64,000 nucleotides of DNA from Minisyncoccota bacterium (GCA_041664425.1 JBAYKU010000001.1:29272-93271); one strand, 5' to 3'. Counted from the first letter of the stretch, positions 20,997 through 32,586 are shown. Made by a program: numbers and translations. The notes: generated by a model not told the origin, from the letters alone.

Positions 20997-21554
20997 ATGA
21001 GTACAGCAATTAGTGTTTCAATCGCGGTCGTGTTGGCAGTTTTGTCGGTTGTCGTTTTTTTCTGGTTTAAGCTCCTTCCAGGGCTAGCTGTTGGTTTCCG
21101 GCAGTTTTTGATCAAAACGATAATTGCAGTAGCTGCCATGTTGGTGGTCCTTGCCATGAAACAAGGGGGAACTCCCGATTGGTATTGGCCGTTTATACAA
21201 CAAAGCCAGGTTTTCTATGTTATGACTGCCTGGCCAGAGACTTCTTCGGGTGACCATAATGCTACCGTAGTTTTTCAAAAGATGGCTGGTGGTCATCTAA
21301 AACCCAAGCAGATGATGGATGTCAGGCTTGAGGGAGATCTGCCCAAGCCTGGCCAACTGGTCATGTTTGGGAAGGGTAGTAAGCTGGTGATCGTGGGTAC
21401 TGTGGCCGAGTCTGTGACTCAGCCCGTGGCTCCGGTTGAACCAGTGGTAGCGCCAGCTTCGGATGCTGTTGTAGATCCGATTTCTACCCCCGCTGTAAAA
21501 CAGGAAAAATTCGCTCCCATCATCCCGTCGCGCAAGACGACGGCGAAGAAGTAG
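20997..21554 (+). CDS. Orphan membrane protein with Pro/Val/Ala-rich tail
   Basis: Two N-terminal hydrophobic helices; own TTGACT promoter, AGGAGG/GAAGGA upstream, terminator at about 21576..21616. Confidence 0.65.
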   Translation: MSTAISVSIAVVLAVLSVVVFFWFKLLPGLAVGFRQFLIKTIIAVAAMLVVLAMKQGGTPDWYWPFIQQSQVFYVMTAWPETSSGDHNATVVFQKMAGGHLKPKQMMDVRLEGDLPKPGQLVMFGKGSKLVIVGTVAESVTQPVAPVEPVVAPASDAVVDPISTPAVKQEKFAPIIPSRKTTAKK

Positions 21555-21690
21555 CAAGTTTCCTCGCAGTTATCGTGCCTCGTGTCGCTCTAAGCGGTCA
21601 CGAGGCATTTGTTTTTGAAAAAAATTTCCTTGCTAGTCTTTTGGAGCGTGATAGAATTTGGATAACTATATAAGTTTTAATTTTTTTAAT

Positions 21691-22989
21691 ATGAAAAAAG
21701 GTGATGCTTTTGATATGGCGAGAAAAATGAATACTGGCGATAGCCTCGATGTGACGGCTGAAGCGCCAGTGGCCGAAAAAAATAACGAGCAGGCTCTAGA
21801 TGAGTTGATGGATACTCCCGGCTTTGCTGAATTTTTAGCCAAACATCCTGAGGCTGGAGAATTGTCTGAGGCTGAAAACTTAGATCGAGTAGGCAATCTT
21901 CATGAAGCTTTTGGTAAGGTCAAGGAGACCAATAAGGAGTTGAATAGTTTTTTTAAGGACCAAGCCAAGGATTTAGGTTTAGAACTGTCAGAAGACGAGC
22001 TAAAGTTTGTTGGCGAACATATTGAAAATCTGGCAATAAACAATCCGGAAGAAATGGCGGGTTTAACAGAGACAATTAAAACCTACCGCGAAACCCCAGC
22101 CAAGATCAAAGCGCAAACGGCTGAATTGTCTAAGCACATGGAAACTTTTAATAATTATGGAGACCTGGTAGTAGAGAAGGCTAAACTAGAAGGATACGCC
22201 AATCTAACAAAGTTTGAAAAGGGTAAGGTCATGGGTTGGATTGGGGCCGTGGAACTTTTCTTTGCTGACAATAATACGGTTAGAGGCACTGTTCCCAATA
22301 AAGATGACAAGATGGCCGCTTTTGTTCATCGGGCGGCTCTCAATAAAGAGACTATTAATGAAATTCGCGACAAATACGGTTTGAAGCCAGAACAAATCAA
22401 AGAAAGGATTGAAAAGATAGAAGCTGATATTGAGCAAGCTCGGGGAGCAATGGGAAAGATGGATCAGTTACAGGAAGGGCTGACATCAGCCAAAGGAAAA
22501 ATGATGGCCGAGAACGTTTTACCCCTAGGACAAGTCAGAGAATTGCTCCAACAGAAATTATCAGAAAAAATGGCGGGGGCGGCTTTGAAAGAAGGTTCGC
22601 CTGATGACCGTTTGAAGGAATTGTCCAAGGTCCAAGAATATTTTGATCAAATGGCCAACTCAGATCTCGATCTATCTGCCGGTTTTGATAGTGGTGATTT
22701 TCAAAAAAGAGTAGATGATCTTATGGAACTTCAAGTGACCGATGGCATCTCTAAAGCTTTGGAATCAGCCAAGACTGATACTCTAACCAATTTTGAAAAA
22801 GGTTTTAAAAAATATCTTGATGGTTTGGAAAAATTAGGTACCAAGGACAAGGAGGAGGCCCAAAGATTTGTGGTTGAACAGATGTTTGAAAAAATCGGCG
22901 AATTGAATAAGTCTACTGAAAAATCAGACAAAGCTAAAGCGATCTTGCTTCGTCGGGTGGTCGCAAAGATACAAGCTAATAAAATTTAA
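21691..22989 (+). CDS. Hypothetical helical/coiled-coil protein
   Basis: Long E/K/L-rich ORF with no recognisable motif. Confidence 0.7.
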   Translation: MKKGDAFDMARKMNTGDSLDVTAEAPVAEKNNEQALDELMDTPGFAEFLAKHPEAGELSEAENLDRVGNLHEAFGKVKETNKELNSFFKDQAKDLGLELSEDELKFVGEHIENLAINNPEEMAGLTETIKTYRETPAKIKAQTAELSKHMETFNNYGDLVVEKAKLEGYANLTKFEKGKVMGWIGAVELFFADNNTVRGTVPNKDDKMAAFVHRAALNKETINEIRDKYGLKPEQIKERIEKIEADIEQARGAMGKMDQLQEGLTSAKGKMMAENVLPLGQVRELLQQKLSEKMAGAALKEGSPDDRLKELSKVQEYFDQMANSDLDLSAGFDSGDFQKRVDDLMELQVTDGISKALESAKTDTLTNFEKGFKKYLDGLEKLGTKDKEEAQRFVVEQMFEKIGELNKSTEKSDKAKAILLRRVVAKIQANKI

Positions 22990-22994
22990 ATTTT

Positions 22995-23297
22995 ATGGAT
23001 ATCCAAACAGATTTAAGCCAGTTGGGAGATTTATTAGCGGCTGGTAAAAAAGATGAAGCCACCGCGCTGATCGATGCCTATATCAATCAAGATTTAAGTG
23101 ATGAGGAAAAAGGGACCGCTTATGTCGCTTGGGCCAAGGCTTATATGGATGCTTCTAATACTATTGACCAAAGTTACAGTGAGGCTTTGAAAGGCTGGCT
23201 GGAAACCCTGCGAGAGATTGATAAAGAGAGTGACGAGACAGTCAAAGAAGCTAAAGTAGCTTCACTTAAAAACGAAATTAAAAATTTTGGGGCCTAG
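22995..23297 (+). CDS. Small acidic helical hypothetical protein
   Basis: 100-aa ORF 5 nt after the previous gene. Confidence 0.65.
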   Translation: MDIQTDLSQLGDLLAAGKKDEATALIDAYINQDLSDEEKGTAYVAWAKAYMDASNTIDQSYSEALKGWLETLREIDKESDETVKEAKVASLKNEIKNFGA

Positions 23298-23359
23298 AGT
23301 TTTCTAGTTGTGCACAGATTTCCTCGTTTCTGATAGTGTGTTGGTCTATAATTAAATTA

Positions 23360-23893
23360 ATGAAAAAATCTAATATCTTTGGGACTCGCCCGGTAGTGAA
23401 GTCTCGAAGAGCTTCTACTACCGGGTTTACTCTTATCGAGCTTTTAGTCGTGGTGGCGATCATCGGTCTTTTATTGGGGATTACTACTGACTATCTATCT
23501 AATGCTAGAAGTAAGGGCTCCGGAGCAGGGGTGAAGCAAAATTTAAATAGTCTGCGAACTGACTTGGCTTTGTGGCAGACCAACAATAATAATAGTAATT
23601 TACCTTGCAATATTGCCATTGCCGCCAACGGCACTAGTAGAGCTAATCAAATTTGGGCTCAAGCCAAGAGTCGGATCGGATCATCAGATTGGGGCTACTC
23701 GATCCACGGATGTGCCGCTGCTAATACCAACGTAACTGGCACCGGTTTTATTTTTGTGGCTAAATCTGGCACCGGCAAATATTGGTGTGTGGATAGTAAT
23801 AATGCCGGTAAGGAGATTACTACAATAGCTACTGCTGGTCTTACTGCTGGAGCATATACAAACGGCAGTACTCCATTCAAACTCTGCCCATAG
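23360..23893 (+). CDS. Type IV pilin
   Basis: G/FTLIELLVVVAIIGLL and C-terminal YWCVDS...C. Confidence 0.88.
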   Translation: MKKSNIFGTRPVVKSRRASTTGFTLIELLVVVAIIGLLLGITTDYLSNARSKGSGAGVKQNLNSLRTDLALWQTNNNNSNLPCNIAIAANGTSRANQIWAQAKSRIGSSDWGYSIHGCAAANTNVTGTGFIFVAKSGTGKYWCVDSNNAGKEITTIATAGLTAGAYTNGSTPFKLCP

Positions 23894-24071
23894 CTAAAAT
23901 AAACACAAGGTCCAAGCAGCCCCCTAGGTTGACTTAATGTCTTTATTTGCTATTATTATCCCACGCAACGGCGTAGCTTTTTTGATGTTGACCGCAAGGT
24001 CTAGTCAACAAACAGGGGTTAAAAACCACTTTTTATTAAGTTAGTAGTTAATAATTAATAAGTAAAAACAT

Positions 24072-25265
<1,194 letters not shown>

Positions 25266-25276
25266 TTATTACATCT

Positions 25277-25642
25277 ATGACCGCAACGACCACTAAAAAA
25301 ACCAAAGCAAAGGTCAAAGCGACCGGAAGCGAGGAGACTTCCAAGCTTCGCATTCGGGTTTCGGCCTATGAAAACAAGATTCTTGACGCTAGTGTTAAGC
25401 AGATTGTTGATACGGCGTTGCGGTATGATGCAACGATCCTAGGTCCGATTCCATTGCCGACCGAGATCAAAAAATACACCGTCAATCGCTCAAGCTTTAT
25501 TGATAAAAATTCCCGTGAACAGTTCGAAATGCGTGTTCACAAGCGACTCGTGGATATCATGAGTCCGTCTCCGAAAATTATCGAGAGCCTGACCAATCTC
25601 AACTTGCCATCTGGCGTCAATATTGATGTCAAAATGATGTAA
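25277..25642 (+). CDS. rpsJ: 30S ribosomal protein S10
   Basis: [20 protein letters not shown]. Confidence 0.97.
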   Translation: MTATTTKKTKAKVKATGSEETSKLRIRVSAYENKILDASVKQIVDTALRYDATILGPIPLPTEIKKYTVNRSSFIDKNSREQFEMRVHKRLVDIMSPSPKIIESLTNLNLPSGVNIDVKMM

Positions 25643-25649
25643 GAAAACC

Positions 25650-25690
25650 CAAAACCCCGCCGGCCGAAAGGCTGGCGGGGTTTTGGTTTT
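25650..25690 (+). terminator. Intrinsic terminator after rpsJ
   Basis: CCCCGCCGGCC-gaaa-GGCTGGCGGGG then TTTT. Confidence 0.85.
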
Positions 25691-25774
25691 GTGCATAACT
25701 CTAGTTGTGATTATTTTTCTTTCTGTTATTACTTTAATTAGAAAATTGGTCTAACTGATAGTGGAGGAGGCAGA

Positions 25775-26029
25775 ATGACTATCTCAAGGCTATTGAGTTC
25801 CGATTTTGTTAGATGTCATTGCAAAGATGGAACAAGGCAATGTCTGTATTTGTCTCGATCTGCCGTCGTCGTAGATGGTGAACAAAATGAAGGCTGGTTT
25901 TGCAAAAACGGTAAGAATAAGGATGGTATTACTAGAGAAGGGGACATAACCGTTTGTGAGCTATTAGCCAGAGGCTTCAGTGGCGATTGTTACCAATTGA
26001 CAGTTACTGTCGGAAAAAAGAAGCTCTAA
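25775..26029 (+). CDS. Small Cys-rich orphan protein
   Basis: 84 aa with six Cys; GGAGGAGG 4 nt before ATG; hairpin after the stop. Confidence 0.55.
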   Translation: MTISRLLSSDFVRCHCKDGTRQCLYLSRSAVVVDGEQNEGWFCKNGKNKDGITREGDITVCELLARGFSGDCYQLTVTVGKKKL

Positions 26030-26207
26030 GGACCCCTCACTTACATAGTCGAGGGGTCTGCGTGTTTATCTAGAGCCTTAGGAGTGGCTCAGATTTGACT
26101 TTCTGCCCTTATCTGATAATATGTTTCGAAGCTCGTAGGGGCTTTTTCAGCCCAAGGCTGATCGGCCTGGGGCCGAGTTTTTTTCTTAATATTGAAGCTA
26201 TATCTGT

Positions 26208-26843
26208 ATGAAGTTTATTTTAGGCACAAAACAACGAATGACTCAGGTTTTTGATGATAACGGCCGATCTCAGATTGGGACGGTAATTTCTGTTGCCCCA
26301 TCGATCGTCACTCAAATCAAAACTGCTGGTCAGGACAATACTAACTCGGTCCAGATCGGTTATGGCGAAAAACGAGCTAAAAATGCTGGTAAAGCCATGA
26401 TTGGCCATATTGCTCCTGCTCTCAAAGCTGCCGAAAAGGAAAATATTAGCTTCCAATTTTTGCGCGAATTCGCGACTGACAATACCGCTGACTACAAAGT
26501 CGGAGACGTTGTTGATTCCTCTATTTTCAATGAAGGTGAAGAAGTAACCGTGATCGGTACCAGCAAGGGTAAGGGTTTCCAGGGTGTCGTCAAACGCCAT
26601 GGTTTCCATGGAGGTCCACGTAGTCATGGTCAGAAGCACTCAGAGCGTGAGCCAGGTTCTATTGGTGTGGGTGGCGTTCAGCGCGTTTTCAAAGGTATGC
26701 GCATGGCTGGTCGCATGGGTAGTGATCGTGTCTCCACTAAATATGTCAAAATCATCAAAATCAACAAAGAGGCCAATGAAATTTTAATCCAAGGTGCTGT
26801 GCCTGGCCGTCCTGGTTCTTTGATCCAAATTATTGCTAAATAG
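26208..26843 (+). CDS. rplC: 50S ribosomal protein L3
   Basis: MTQVF, SKGKGFQGVVKRH, GAVPG. Confidence 0.97.
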   Translation: MKFILGTKQRMTQVFDDNGRSQIGTVISVAPSIVTQIKTAGQDNTNSVQIGYGEKRAKNAGKAMIGHIAPALKAAEKENISFQFLREFATDNTADYKVGDVVDSSIFNEGEEVTVIGTSKGKGFQGVVKRHGFHGGPRSHGQKHSEREPGSIGVGGVQRVFKGMRMAGRMGSDRVSTKYVKIIKINKEANEILIQGAVPGRPGSLIQIIAK

Positions 26844-26848
26844 AAAAT

Positions 26849-27508
26849 ATGGAAACGACTCTCTACAACCAAAAAGCGGAAAAGGCCGGCGATCTGAAGC
26901 TCGAAGCTTCTCTCTTTGGCCAAAAATGGAATGCTGACTTGGTTCATCAGGTAGTCTTCTCCATGCTTTCGAATGCTCGTCCCGTAATCGCTCATGCCAA
27001 GGATCGCAGTGAAGTCTCTGGCGGTGGCAAAAAGCCATGGCGCCAAAAGGGAACTGGCCGGGCCCGTCACGGTTCTAGTCGTTCTCCAATCTGGATTGGT
27101 GGTGGTTCTACTCATGGCCCAAACAAAGAAGCCAACTTTGCCAAAAAAATCAACAAGAAAATGAAGTCCAAGGCTTTGGCAGTCCTGCTTTCTCGCAAGT
27201 TCAATGATGGCGAAATGCTCTTTATTGATAAATTTGATGTTGCTGGCAAGACTAAAGTCGCTACTGATGCCATGAAGAAGTTTTCTACCCTCAAAGGTTT
27301 TGAAAAAATTAATTATCTCAAAGGCAAGCGTTCTTTGATCGTCACTCCCGCCAAGGATGCTGAATTAGAAAAAGCTTTTGCTAACGTCAAGAGTGCACAA
27401 GTGACCGAAGCTCGCAATGTTAATCCGACCGATTTGGTGACTTATAAGTACATTGTTTTGGCTGGAGCTGAACCAATCGTGGCTTCTTTTAACGCTCGAA
27501 TGAAATAA
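26849..27508 (+). CDS. rplD: 50S ribosomal protein L4
   Basis: KPWRQKGTGRARHG. Confidence 0.97.
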   Translation: METTLYNQKAEKAGDLKLEASLFGQKWNADLVHQVVFSMLSNARPVIAHAKDRSEVSGGGKKPWRQKGTGRARHGSSRSPIWIGGGSTHGPNKEANFAKKINKKMKSKALAVLLSRKFNDGEMLFIDKFDVAGKTKVATDAMKKFSTLKGFEKINYLKGKRSLIVTPAKDAELEKAFANVKSAQVTEARNVNPTDLVTYKYIVLAGAEPIVASFNARMK

Positions 27509-27513
27509 ATATC

Positions 27514-27819
27514 ATGTCTAAAATCGGCAAAAAAAATAACGGTCAAGTTCTCCTCGCTCGCCCTCACATTACAGAAAAGGCGACTTTGCTAAACGAGACT
27601 AATAAATTTCCTGTCTATACTTTTGTAGTTGACCCAGCAGCCAACAAGACTGAAATCAAAAAAGCTATCACTGCTCTCTATAAAGTCGTGCCAGTTAAGA
27701 TCAACATCATTAATTTGCCAGCCAAAAAAGTTATGCGCCGAGGCAAAGTGGGGGTGACCACTGCCACTAAGAAAGCTCTGGTTTTCTTAAAGGTGGGCGA
27801 TAAGATTGAGATGGCCTAA
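27514..27819 (+). CDS. rplW: 50S ribosomal protein L23
   Basis: PHITEKA, ANKTEIK, KKALV; position in the S10 cluster. Confidence 0.93.
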   Translation: MSKIGKKNNGQVLLARPHITEKATLLNETNKFPVYTFVVDPAANKTEIKKAITALYKVVPVKINIINLPAKKVMRRGKVGVTTATKKALVFLKVGDKIEMA

Positions 27820-27842
27820 AATTTTAAATAAATCGAATTATC

Positions 27843-28682
27843 ATGAAAAAGTATCAACCAACAACTCCATCACGTCGCGGCATGAGCGTAGTATCCTATC
27901 GCGGGGTTTTGACGACTGACACCCCTCACAAGTCTCTGACTAAGGGTGGCAAGCGTTCTGTTGGCCGTAATAATGCTGGCCGTATCACTGTTCGCCACAA
28001 AGGAGGTGGCCACAAGCGAGCTTATCGCGAGATTGATTTTACTTTCAATAAAATAAATATTCCGGCCAAGATTGAATCTCTCGAATACGATCCAAACCGC
28101 TCCGGTTTTATCGCCCTGGTTTGTTATGCTGATGGTGAGCGTCGCTATATTCTCGCTCCAGCTACTGTCAAAGTGGGGGATCAGATTGTTGCTTCTGAAA
28201 CCGCCGACATCAAGGCTGGCAATCGTTTACCTCTAGCTAAAATCCCTGTTGGTACTTTTGTTTACAATGTGGAAGTCAAACCAAAGGGTGGTGCTAAATT
28301 GGCTCGTTCAGCTGGTGCCTATGCCGAAGTTCTCGCTTCTGATGCCGGTTATACCAACCTAAAAATGCCTTCTTCTGAAGTCCGTAAGATCAGCGAAAAA
28401 GCTTGGGCTTCAATCGGTGCTGTCTCTAACGAGGAATATCGCTTGGCTAATTATGGTAAGGCTGGCCGTAGTCGTTGGATGGGTATTCGCCCGACTGTTC
28501 GCGGTAGCGCTATGAACCCTGTTGATCACCCATATGGTGGTGGTGAAGGCGCTCAGGGTCGTGGTACTCGTCGTCCAAAGACGGCTTGGGGTAAGGTCAC
28601 TGGTGGCCGCAAGACTCGCCGACCAAAGAAGTATTCAAATGTCTTGGTCGTTTCCCGTCGTAAAGTAGGCAAAAAACGCTAA
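27843..28682 (+). CDS. rplB: 50S ribosomal protein L2
   Basis: GRNNAGRIT, EYDPNRS, AMNPVDHPYGGGEG. Confidence 0.98.
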   Translation: MKKYQPTTPSRRGMSVVSYRGVLTTDTPHKSLTKGGKRSVGRNNAGRITVRHKGGGHKRAYREIDFTFNKINIPAKIESLEYDPNRSGFIALVCYADGERRYILAPATVKVGDQIVASETADIKAGNRLPLAKIPVGTFVYNVEVKPKGGAKLARSAGAYAEVLASDAGYTNLKMPSSEVRKISEKAWASIGAVSNEEYRLANYGKAGRSRWMGIRPTVRGSAMNPVDHPYGGGEGAQGRGTRRPKTAWGKVTGGRKTRRPKKYSNVLVVSRRKVGKKR

Positions 28683-28688
28683 AAAACA

Positions 28689-28717
28689 CAAAAACCCCTA
28701 AAAAGGGGTTTTTGTTT
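28689..28717 (+). terminator. Intrinsic terminator after rplB
   Basis: CAAAAACCCCT-aaaa-AGGGGTTTTTG. Confidence 0.8.
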
Positions 28718-28791
28718 TAAACGAACTGGTCGAGGGCCAACCTTTAAAAGGTGTGCCGAGTAAAAAGTTTGGTAAGCAAGAGGCTTAAAAG

Positions 28792-28820
28792 TTGACAATG
28801 AGCCCTAATTTGCTAGGATA
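28792..28820 (+). promoter_or_regulatory. Internal sigma70-like promoter for the rpsS block
   Basis: TTGACA...TGCTAGGAT. Confidence 0.6.
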
Positions 28821-28841
28821 TTAACCAGGCTCATATTGGGC

Positions 28842-28908
28842 TAAACCCTGACGGAATACGACACTAAAGTGTCGAAAAATCCCAGAGATTTTTATTCCAC
28901 TGGGTAAA
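28842..28908. repeat. Palindromic three-way-junction element in the rpsS leader
   Basis: CCCTGACGGAATA [CGACAC/GTGTCG][AAAAATC/GATTTTT] ATTCCACTGGGTAAA. Confidence 0.65.
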
Positions 28909-28919
28909 TTTTTGATTTT

Positions 28920-29264
28920 ATGTCCCGCTCACTCAAAAAAGGTCCTTATTTGGACGAAAAACTGATGAAAAAGATCGCCGGTAAAAAACCCGGTGATGCT
29001 GGCGTGATTAAAACTTGGGCCCGCCGTAGTCAGATTAGCCCAGAAATGGTTGGCTTTACTTTTGGTGTTCATAACGGTAAAAGCCATCTCGAAGTCTTTG
29101 TGACCGAAGAAATGGTTGGTCATCGTTTGGGTGAATTCTCTCCAACCAAAAAATTCGTTCGCCATGGCGGTAAAATGCAGAAGGAACTCGAGATGAAGAA
29201 GAAGGAGGCCGAAATTTCAGCTGCCAAATCTGCTAAAGCTACCACCGATACCAAAAAGAAATAA
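28920..29264 (+). CDS. rpsS: 30S ribosomal protein S19
   Basis: [17 protein letters not shown]. Confidence 0.97.
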   Translation: MSRSLKKGPYLDEKLMKKIAGKKPGDAGVIKTWARRSQISPEMVGFTFGVHNGKSHLEVFVTEEMVGHRLGEFSPTKKFVRHGGKMQKELEMKKKEAEISAAKSAKATTDTKKK

Positions 29265-29267
29265 ACT

Positions 29268-29654
29268 ATGAAAGCTGCTCTAACCAATTATCGCCAAGCT
29301 CCTCGCAAAGTCCGCCTCGCGGCTGATTTATTGCGCGGTAAAATGGTAACGGCTGCGGAAATGGAATTGAACGCTTTGTCTAAAAAAGCTTCCCCGATTC
29401 TGATGAAGCTTTTAGCTTCAGCGGTCGCCAATGCTGTCAACAACGATAAAGCTGACAAGTCCAAACTTTTTATTAAAGAAATTACCGTTGACAAGGGGAT
29501 GGTTTTAAAACGTTTCTTCCCTGGCGCTCATGGCAAAGCTTATCCGATCAATCGCAAGAACAGCCATGTTAAAATTGTTTTAGGAATTAAAGAGCCCGCT
29601 CCAGCTAAAGCTAAAAAAGTAGCTAAGAAAGTGGCTAAAAAAGTAAAGAACTAA
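29268..29654 (+). CDS. rplV: 50S ribosomal protein L22
   Basis: APRKVRL, SAVANA. Confidence 0.95.
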   Translation: MKAALTNYRQAPRKVRLAADLLRGKMVTAAEMELNALSKKASPILMKLLASAVANAVNNDKADKSKLFIKEITVDKGMVLKRFFPGAHGKAYPINRKNSHVKIVLGIKEPAPAKAKKVAKKVAKKVKN

Positions 29655-29655
29655 T

Positions 29656-30339
29656 ATGACACATCGAGTTCATCCATATGCTCATCGTTTAGGAATCATT
29701 CGTGATTGGAAGTCGCGCTGGTTTGGTGCGCTCAATGGTCAGTACCAGGATTTTCTCAAGGCTGATGTTCTCTTGCGTGAATTTCTCGAAAAGCGTTTGC
29801 GTGGTATGTATGTTGATTCTATTGAAATGGAACGCAATCAAAATGTCTATCGTTTGATTATTAAAACTGCTCGTCCGGGTTTTGTTATTGGTCGCAACGG
29901 TGAGGGCTCTACCAAACTCAAGAGTGAAATCTTGGCCAAACTTAACAAAGCCAAATTACCTTTGCCTCGTGAATTTAGAATTGATGTTGAGGAGGTCAAA
30001 GATCCAGAAAGTCATGCCGCTATTGTGGCTTATATGTTGGCTGAAGGTTTGGAAAAGCGTTTGCCTTTCCGCCGTGTTATGAAGCAGATGATGGAGAAGG
30101 TAATGCAGTCTCGTGGTGTTCTCGGTATCAAGGTAACTTTGTCTGGTCGCCTTGGTGGAGCCGAAATGGGTCGGGTAGAAAGTTTGCGCTTAGGCCAAGT
30201 GCCTCTACAGACTTTGCGCGCCGATATTGATTTTGCTCGTGAGAAAGCCTATATGACCTACGGTGTTATTGGTATTAAAGTTTGGATCTACCGTGGTGAA
30301 ATTTTTAATGATAAGACTCCCAAGACCACTAAAGAATAA
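29656..30339 (+). CDS. rpsC: 30S ribosomal protein S3
   Basis: GRLGGAEM, PLQTLRADID, GIKVWI. Confidence 0.97.
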   Translation: MTHRVHPYAHRLGIIRDWKSRWFGALNGQYQDFLKADVLLREFLEKRLRGMYVDSIEMERNQNVYRLIIKTARPGFVIGRNGEGSTKLKSEILAKLNKAKLPLPREFRIDVEEVKDPESHAAIVAYMLAEGLEKRLPFRRVMKQMMEKVMQSRGVLGIKVTLSGRLGGAEMGRVESLRLGQVPLQTLRADIDFAREKAYMTYGVIGIKVWIYRGEIFNDKTPKTTKE

Positions 30340-30344
30340 ATATC

Positions 30345-30761
30345 ATGTTGTTGCCTAAAAAAGTAAAATTCAGAAAATGGCAGACCGGCCGATCCAATCC
30401 GAACAAAGCTCGGGTGGCTACTCGTGGTGCAACTTTGTCCTTTGGTAACTTTGGTCTCAAGGCTGAAACCTCTGGCCGTATTCGTTCCAATCAGATTGAA
30501 GCCGCTCGTAAAACCATCTCTCGTCAAATGGCCAAGACTGGTAAGTTGTGGATTCGAATTTTTCCAGACCGTCCTTTTACTGCTAAGGGTGCCGAAGTGG
30601 GTATGGGTAAGGGTAAAGGTGATCCTCAGGGTTACGAGGCTCAAGTTCGACCAGGTAGCTTGATTTTTGAAGTCGATGGTCTAACTGACGTTATTGCTCG
30701 CGAAGCTTTGCGTAAAGCCGGCGCCAAATTGCCAATTAAAACTAGAATTGTTAGCCGCTAA
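30345..30761 (+). CDS. rplP: 50S ribosomal protein L16
   Basis: QIEAAR, WIRIFPD, MGKGKG. Confidence 0.97.
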   Translation: MLLPKKVKFRKWQTGRSNPNKARVATRGATLSFGNFGLKAETSGRIRSNQIEAARKTISRQMAKTGKLWIRIFPDRPFTAKGAEVGMGKGKGDPQGYEAQVRPGSLIFEVDGLTDVIAREALRKAGAKLPIKTRIVSR

Positions 30762-30770
30762 AATACTGCT

Positions 30771-30959
30771 ATGAAAAAGATTGATTTCAAAAACAAAAAT
30801 ACTGGTGAATTACAGAAACTCTTGGCGGAAAAACGCGAAGCGGTTAGAACTTTTCGCTTTGGTATCTCTGGCAGTCGCACCAAGAACGTCAAAGCTGGTC
30901 ATGATTTGCGCAAAGAAATTGCTCGTATTTTGACAGTTTTAAATACTACAAAGAAATAA
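30771..30959 (+). CDS. rpmC: 50S ribosomal protein L29
   Basis: RKEIARILT; position. Confidence 0.9.
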   Translation: MKKIDFKNKNTGELQKLLAEKREAVRTFRFGISGSRTKNVKAGHDLRKEIARILTVLNTTKK

Positions 30960-30999
30960 TATTACTTGTCCCGTTGGAAACCCTAAATAATATAAAAAT

Positions 31000-31320
31000 A
31001 TGAAAAAGACTGATACCAACAAAATAATTAAAGACAACCACGCCAATAGCGATGGTGGCTTTGCAACTGGGATGACGACTTCAGCTAATAATCCAAAAAC
31101 CTTCAAAGGAGTAGTAGTCTCCGACAAGATGGACAAGACCGTCGTGGTGTCTGTGGCTAGCTACATCAAGCACCCTAAGTATGGTAAGTATTTGAAGCGT
31201 GACAAAAAATTCAAAGCTCACGATGAGAAAAATCAAGTCAAGGTGGGTGAGACTGTCACTATTCGTGAATGCCGTCCTATGTCGAAGGATAAATCTTTTG
31301 AGGTAGTTATCGAGAAATAA
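31000..31320 (+). CDS. rpsQ: 30S ribosomal protein S17 with N-terminal extension
   Basis: [24 protein letters not shown]. Confidence 0.96.
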   Translation: MKKTDTNKIIKDNHANSDGGFATGMTTSANNPKTFKGVVVSDKMDKTVVVSVASYIKHPKYGKYLKRDKKFKAHDEKNQVKVGETVTIRECRPMSKDKSFEVVIEK

Positions 31321-31324
31321 AATC

Positions 31325-31696
31325 ATGATCCAAGACCGCTCAATCGTAAAAATTGCTGATAACACCGGTGCCAAGATCGGACGTATTTTCAAAGTACTCG
31401 GTGGTTCTAAGAAACGCTATGCTCGCATCGGCGAATTGGTAGTGCTTTCAGTCCAGACCGCTGAGCCTCGCAAGGCCACTAAAAAGAAAGATGTTGTCCA
31501 AGCGGTTGTTGTCCGTCAACGCGCTCCTTTCCGTCGCAAGGATGGTTCCTATATCCGCTTCGACGAGAACGCTGTCGTTATTATCGAAAAGGGTAAGAAG
31601 GATCCAAAGGGTGGTCGCATCTTTGGGCCGATTCCTCGAGAAATCGCGGAAAAGGGCTATCAGAAGATTGCCTCTTTAGCACCAGAAATTGTCTAA
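31325..31696 (+). CDS. rplN: 50S ribosomal protein L14
   Basis: ADNTGAK, FDENA, RIFGP. Confidence 0.97.
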   Translation: MIQDRSIVKIADNTGAKIGRIFKVLGGSKKRYARIGELVVLSVQTAEPRKATKKKDVVQAVVVRQRAPFRRKDGSYIRFDENAVVIIEKGKKDPKGGRIFGPIPREIAEKGYQKIASLAPEIV

Positions 31697-31700
31697 TACT

Positions 31701-32006
31701 ATGAATATCAAAAAAGGTGACAATGTAATAATGTTGACTGGCTCCGATAAAGGTAAAAAGGGGAAGGTTTTACGTGCTATCCCTAGTGAAGAGAAAATCT
31801 TGGTGGAAGGTATTAATGTCAAAAACAAACGCCAAAAGCCTCGCAAGCAGGGCGAGAAAGGTCAGACGATCGCTATGCCTCATCCAGTCCATGTTTCCAA
31901 TGCCGCTCTCTTTTGTAGCGCTTGTGGTAAGGGTGTTCGCTCTAAAGTTAAAATAACCAAAGACAAAAAGACCCGCGTTTGCGCCAAGTGTAGCAAAGAA
32001 CTCTAA
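31701..32006 (+). CDS. rplX: 50S ribosomal protein L24
   Basis: KKGDNV, GSDKGKKG, VEGIN, HVSN. Confidence 0.95.
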   Translation: MNIKKGDNVIMLTGSDKGKKGKVLRAIPSEEKILVEGINVKNKRQKPRKQGEKGQTIAMPHPVHVSNAALFCSACGKGVRSKVKITKDKKTRVCAKCSKEL

Positions 32007-32021
32007 AATTAAATTAAAAAC

Positions 32022-32579
32022 ATGTCCTTCGTTTCAATTCAAAAGAAAATAGAAAAAGCCCAAAAGACTCTGAAAGAGGAGTTGGGTGTTAAGAATGTCA
32101 TGGCTTTGCCCAAGATTACTAAAGTGGTAATCAATTCTGGTACTGGTAAGGCTCGTGATAAAAAACGCAACGAACTAGTGTCTGATCGCTTGGCCAAGAT
32201 TGTTGGTCAAAAGCCCTCCGCTCGCGGTTCCAAAAAATCCATCGCTAGTTTTAAACTGCGCGAGGGTGAAGTGATTGGTTATGCCGCCACTTTGCGTGGA
32301 AAGCGAATGAATGATTTTCTCGATCGCTTGCTTAATGTTGTTTTTCCTCGTATCCGCGACTTCAAAGGTTTTGACTCTAAATGCATTGATGAACTCGGCA
32401 ACCTAACCGTCGGCATCAAGGAACACTCAGTCTTCCCAGAAACCGCCGATGAAGATATCAAAGATGTTTTTGGTATGGCTATCACTATTGTGACTACTGC
32501 CAAAGATAAGAAATCAGCCAAGCTCTTCTTTGAAGCTATTGGTTTTCCGTTTAAGAAGGCGGTTGTGGGTAAAAAGTAA
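32022..32579 (+). CDS. rplE: 50S ribosomal protein L5
   Basis: SIASFKLREG, PRIRDFKG. Confidence 0.97.
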   Translation: MSFVSIQKKIEKAQKTLKEELGVKNVMALPKITKVVINSGTGKARDKKRNELVSDRLAKIVGQKPSARGSKKSIASFKLREGEVIGYAATLRGKRMNDFLDRLLNVVFPRIRDFKGFDSKCIDELGNLTVGIKEHSVFPETADEDIKDVFGMAITIVTTAKDKKSAKLFFEAIGFPFKKAVVGKK

Positions 32580-32586
32580 GTCGCTC

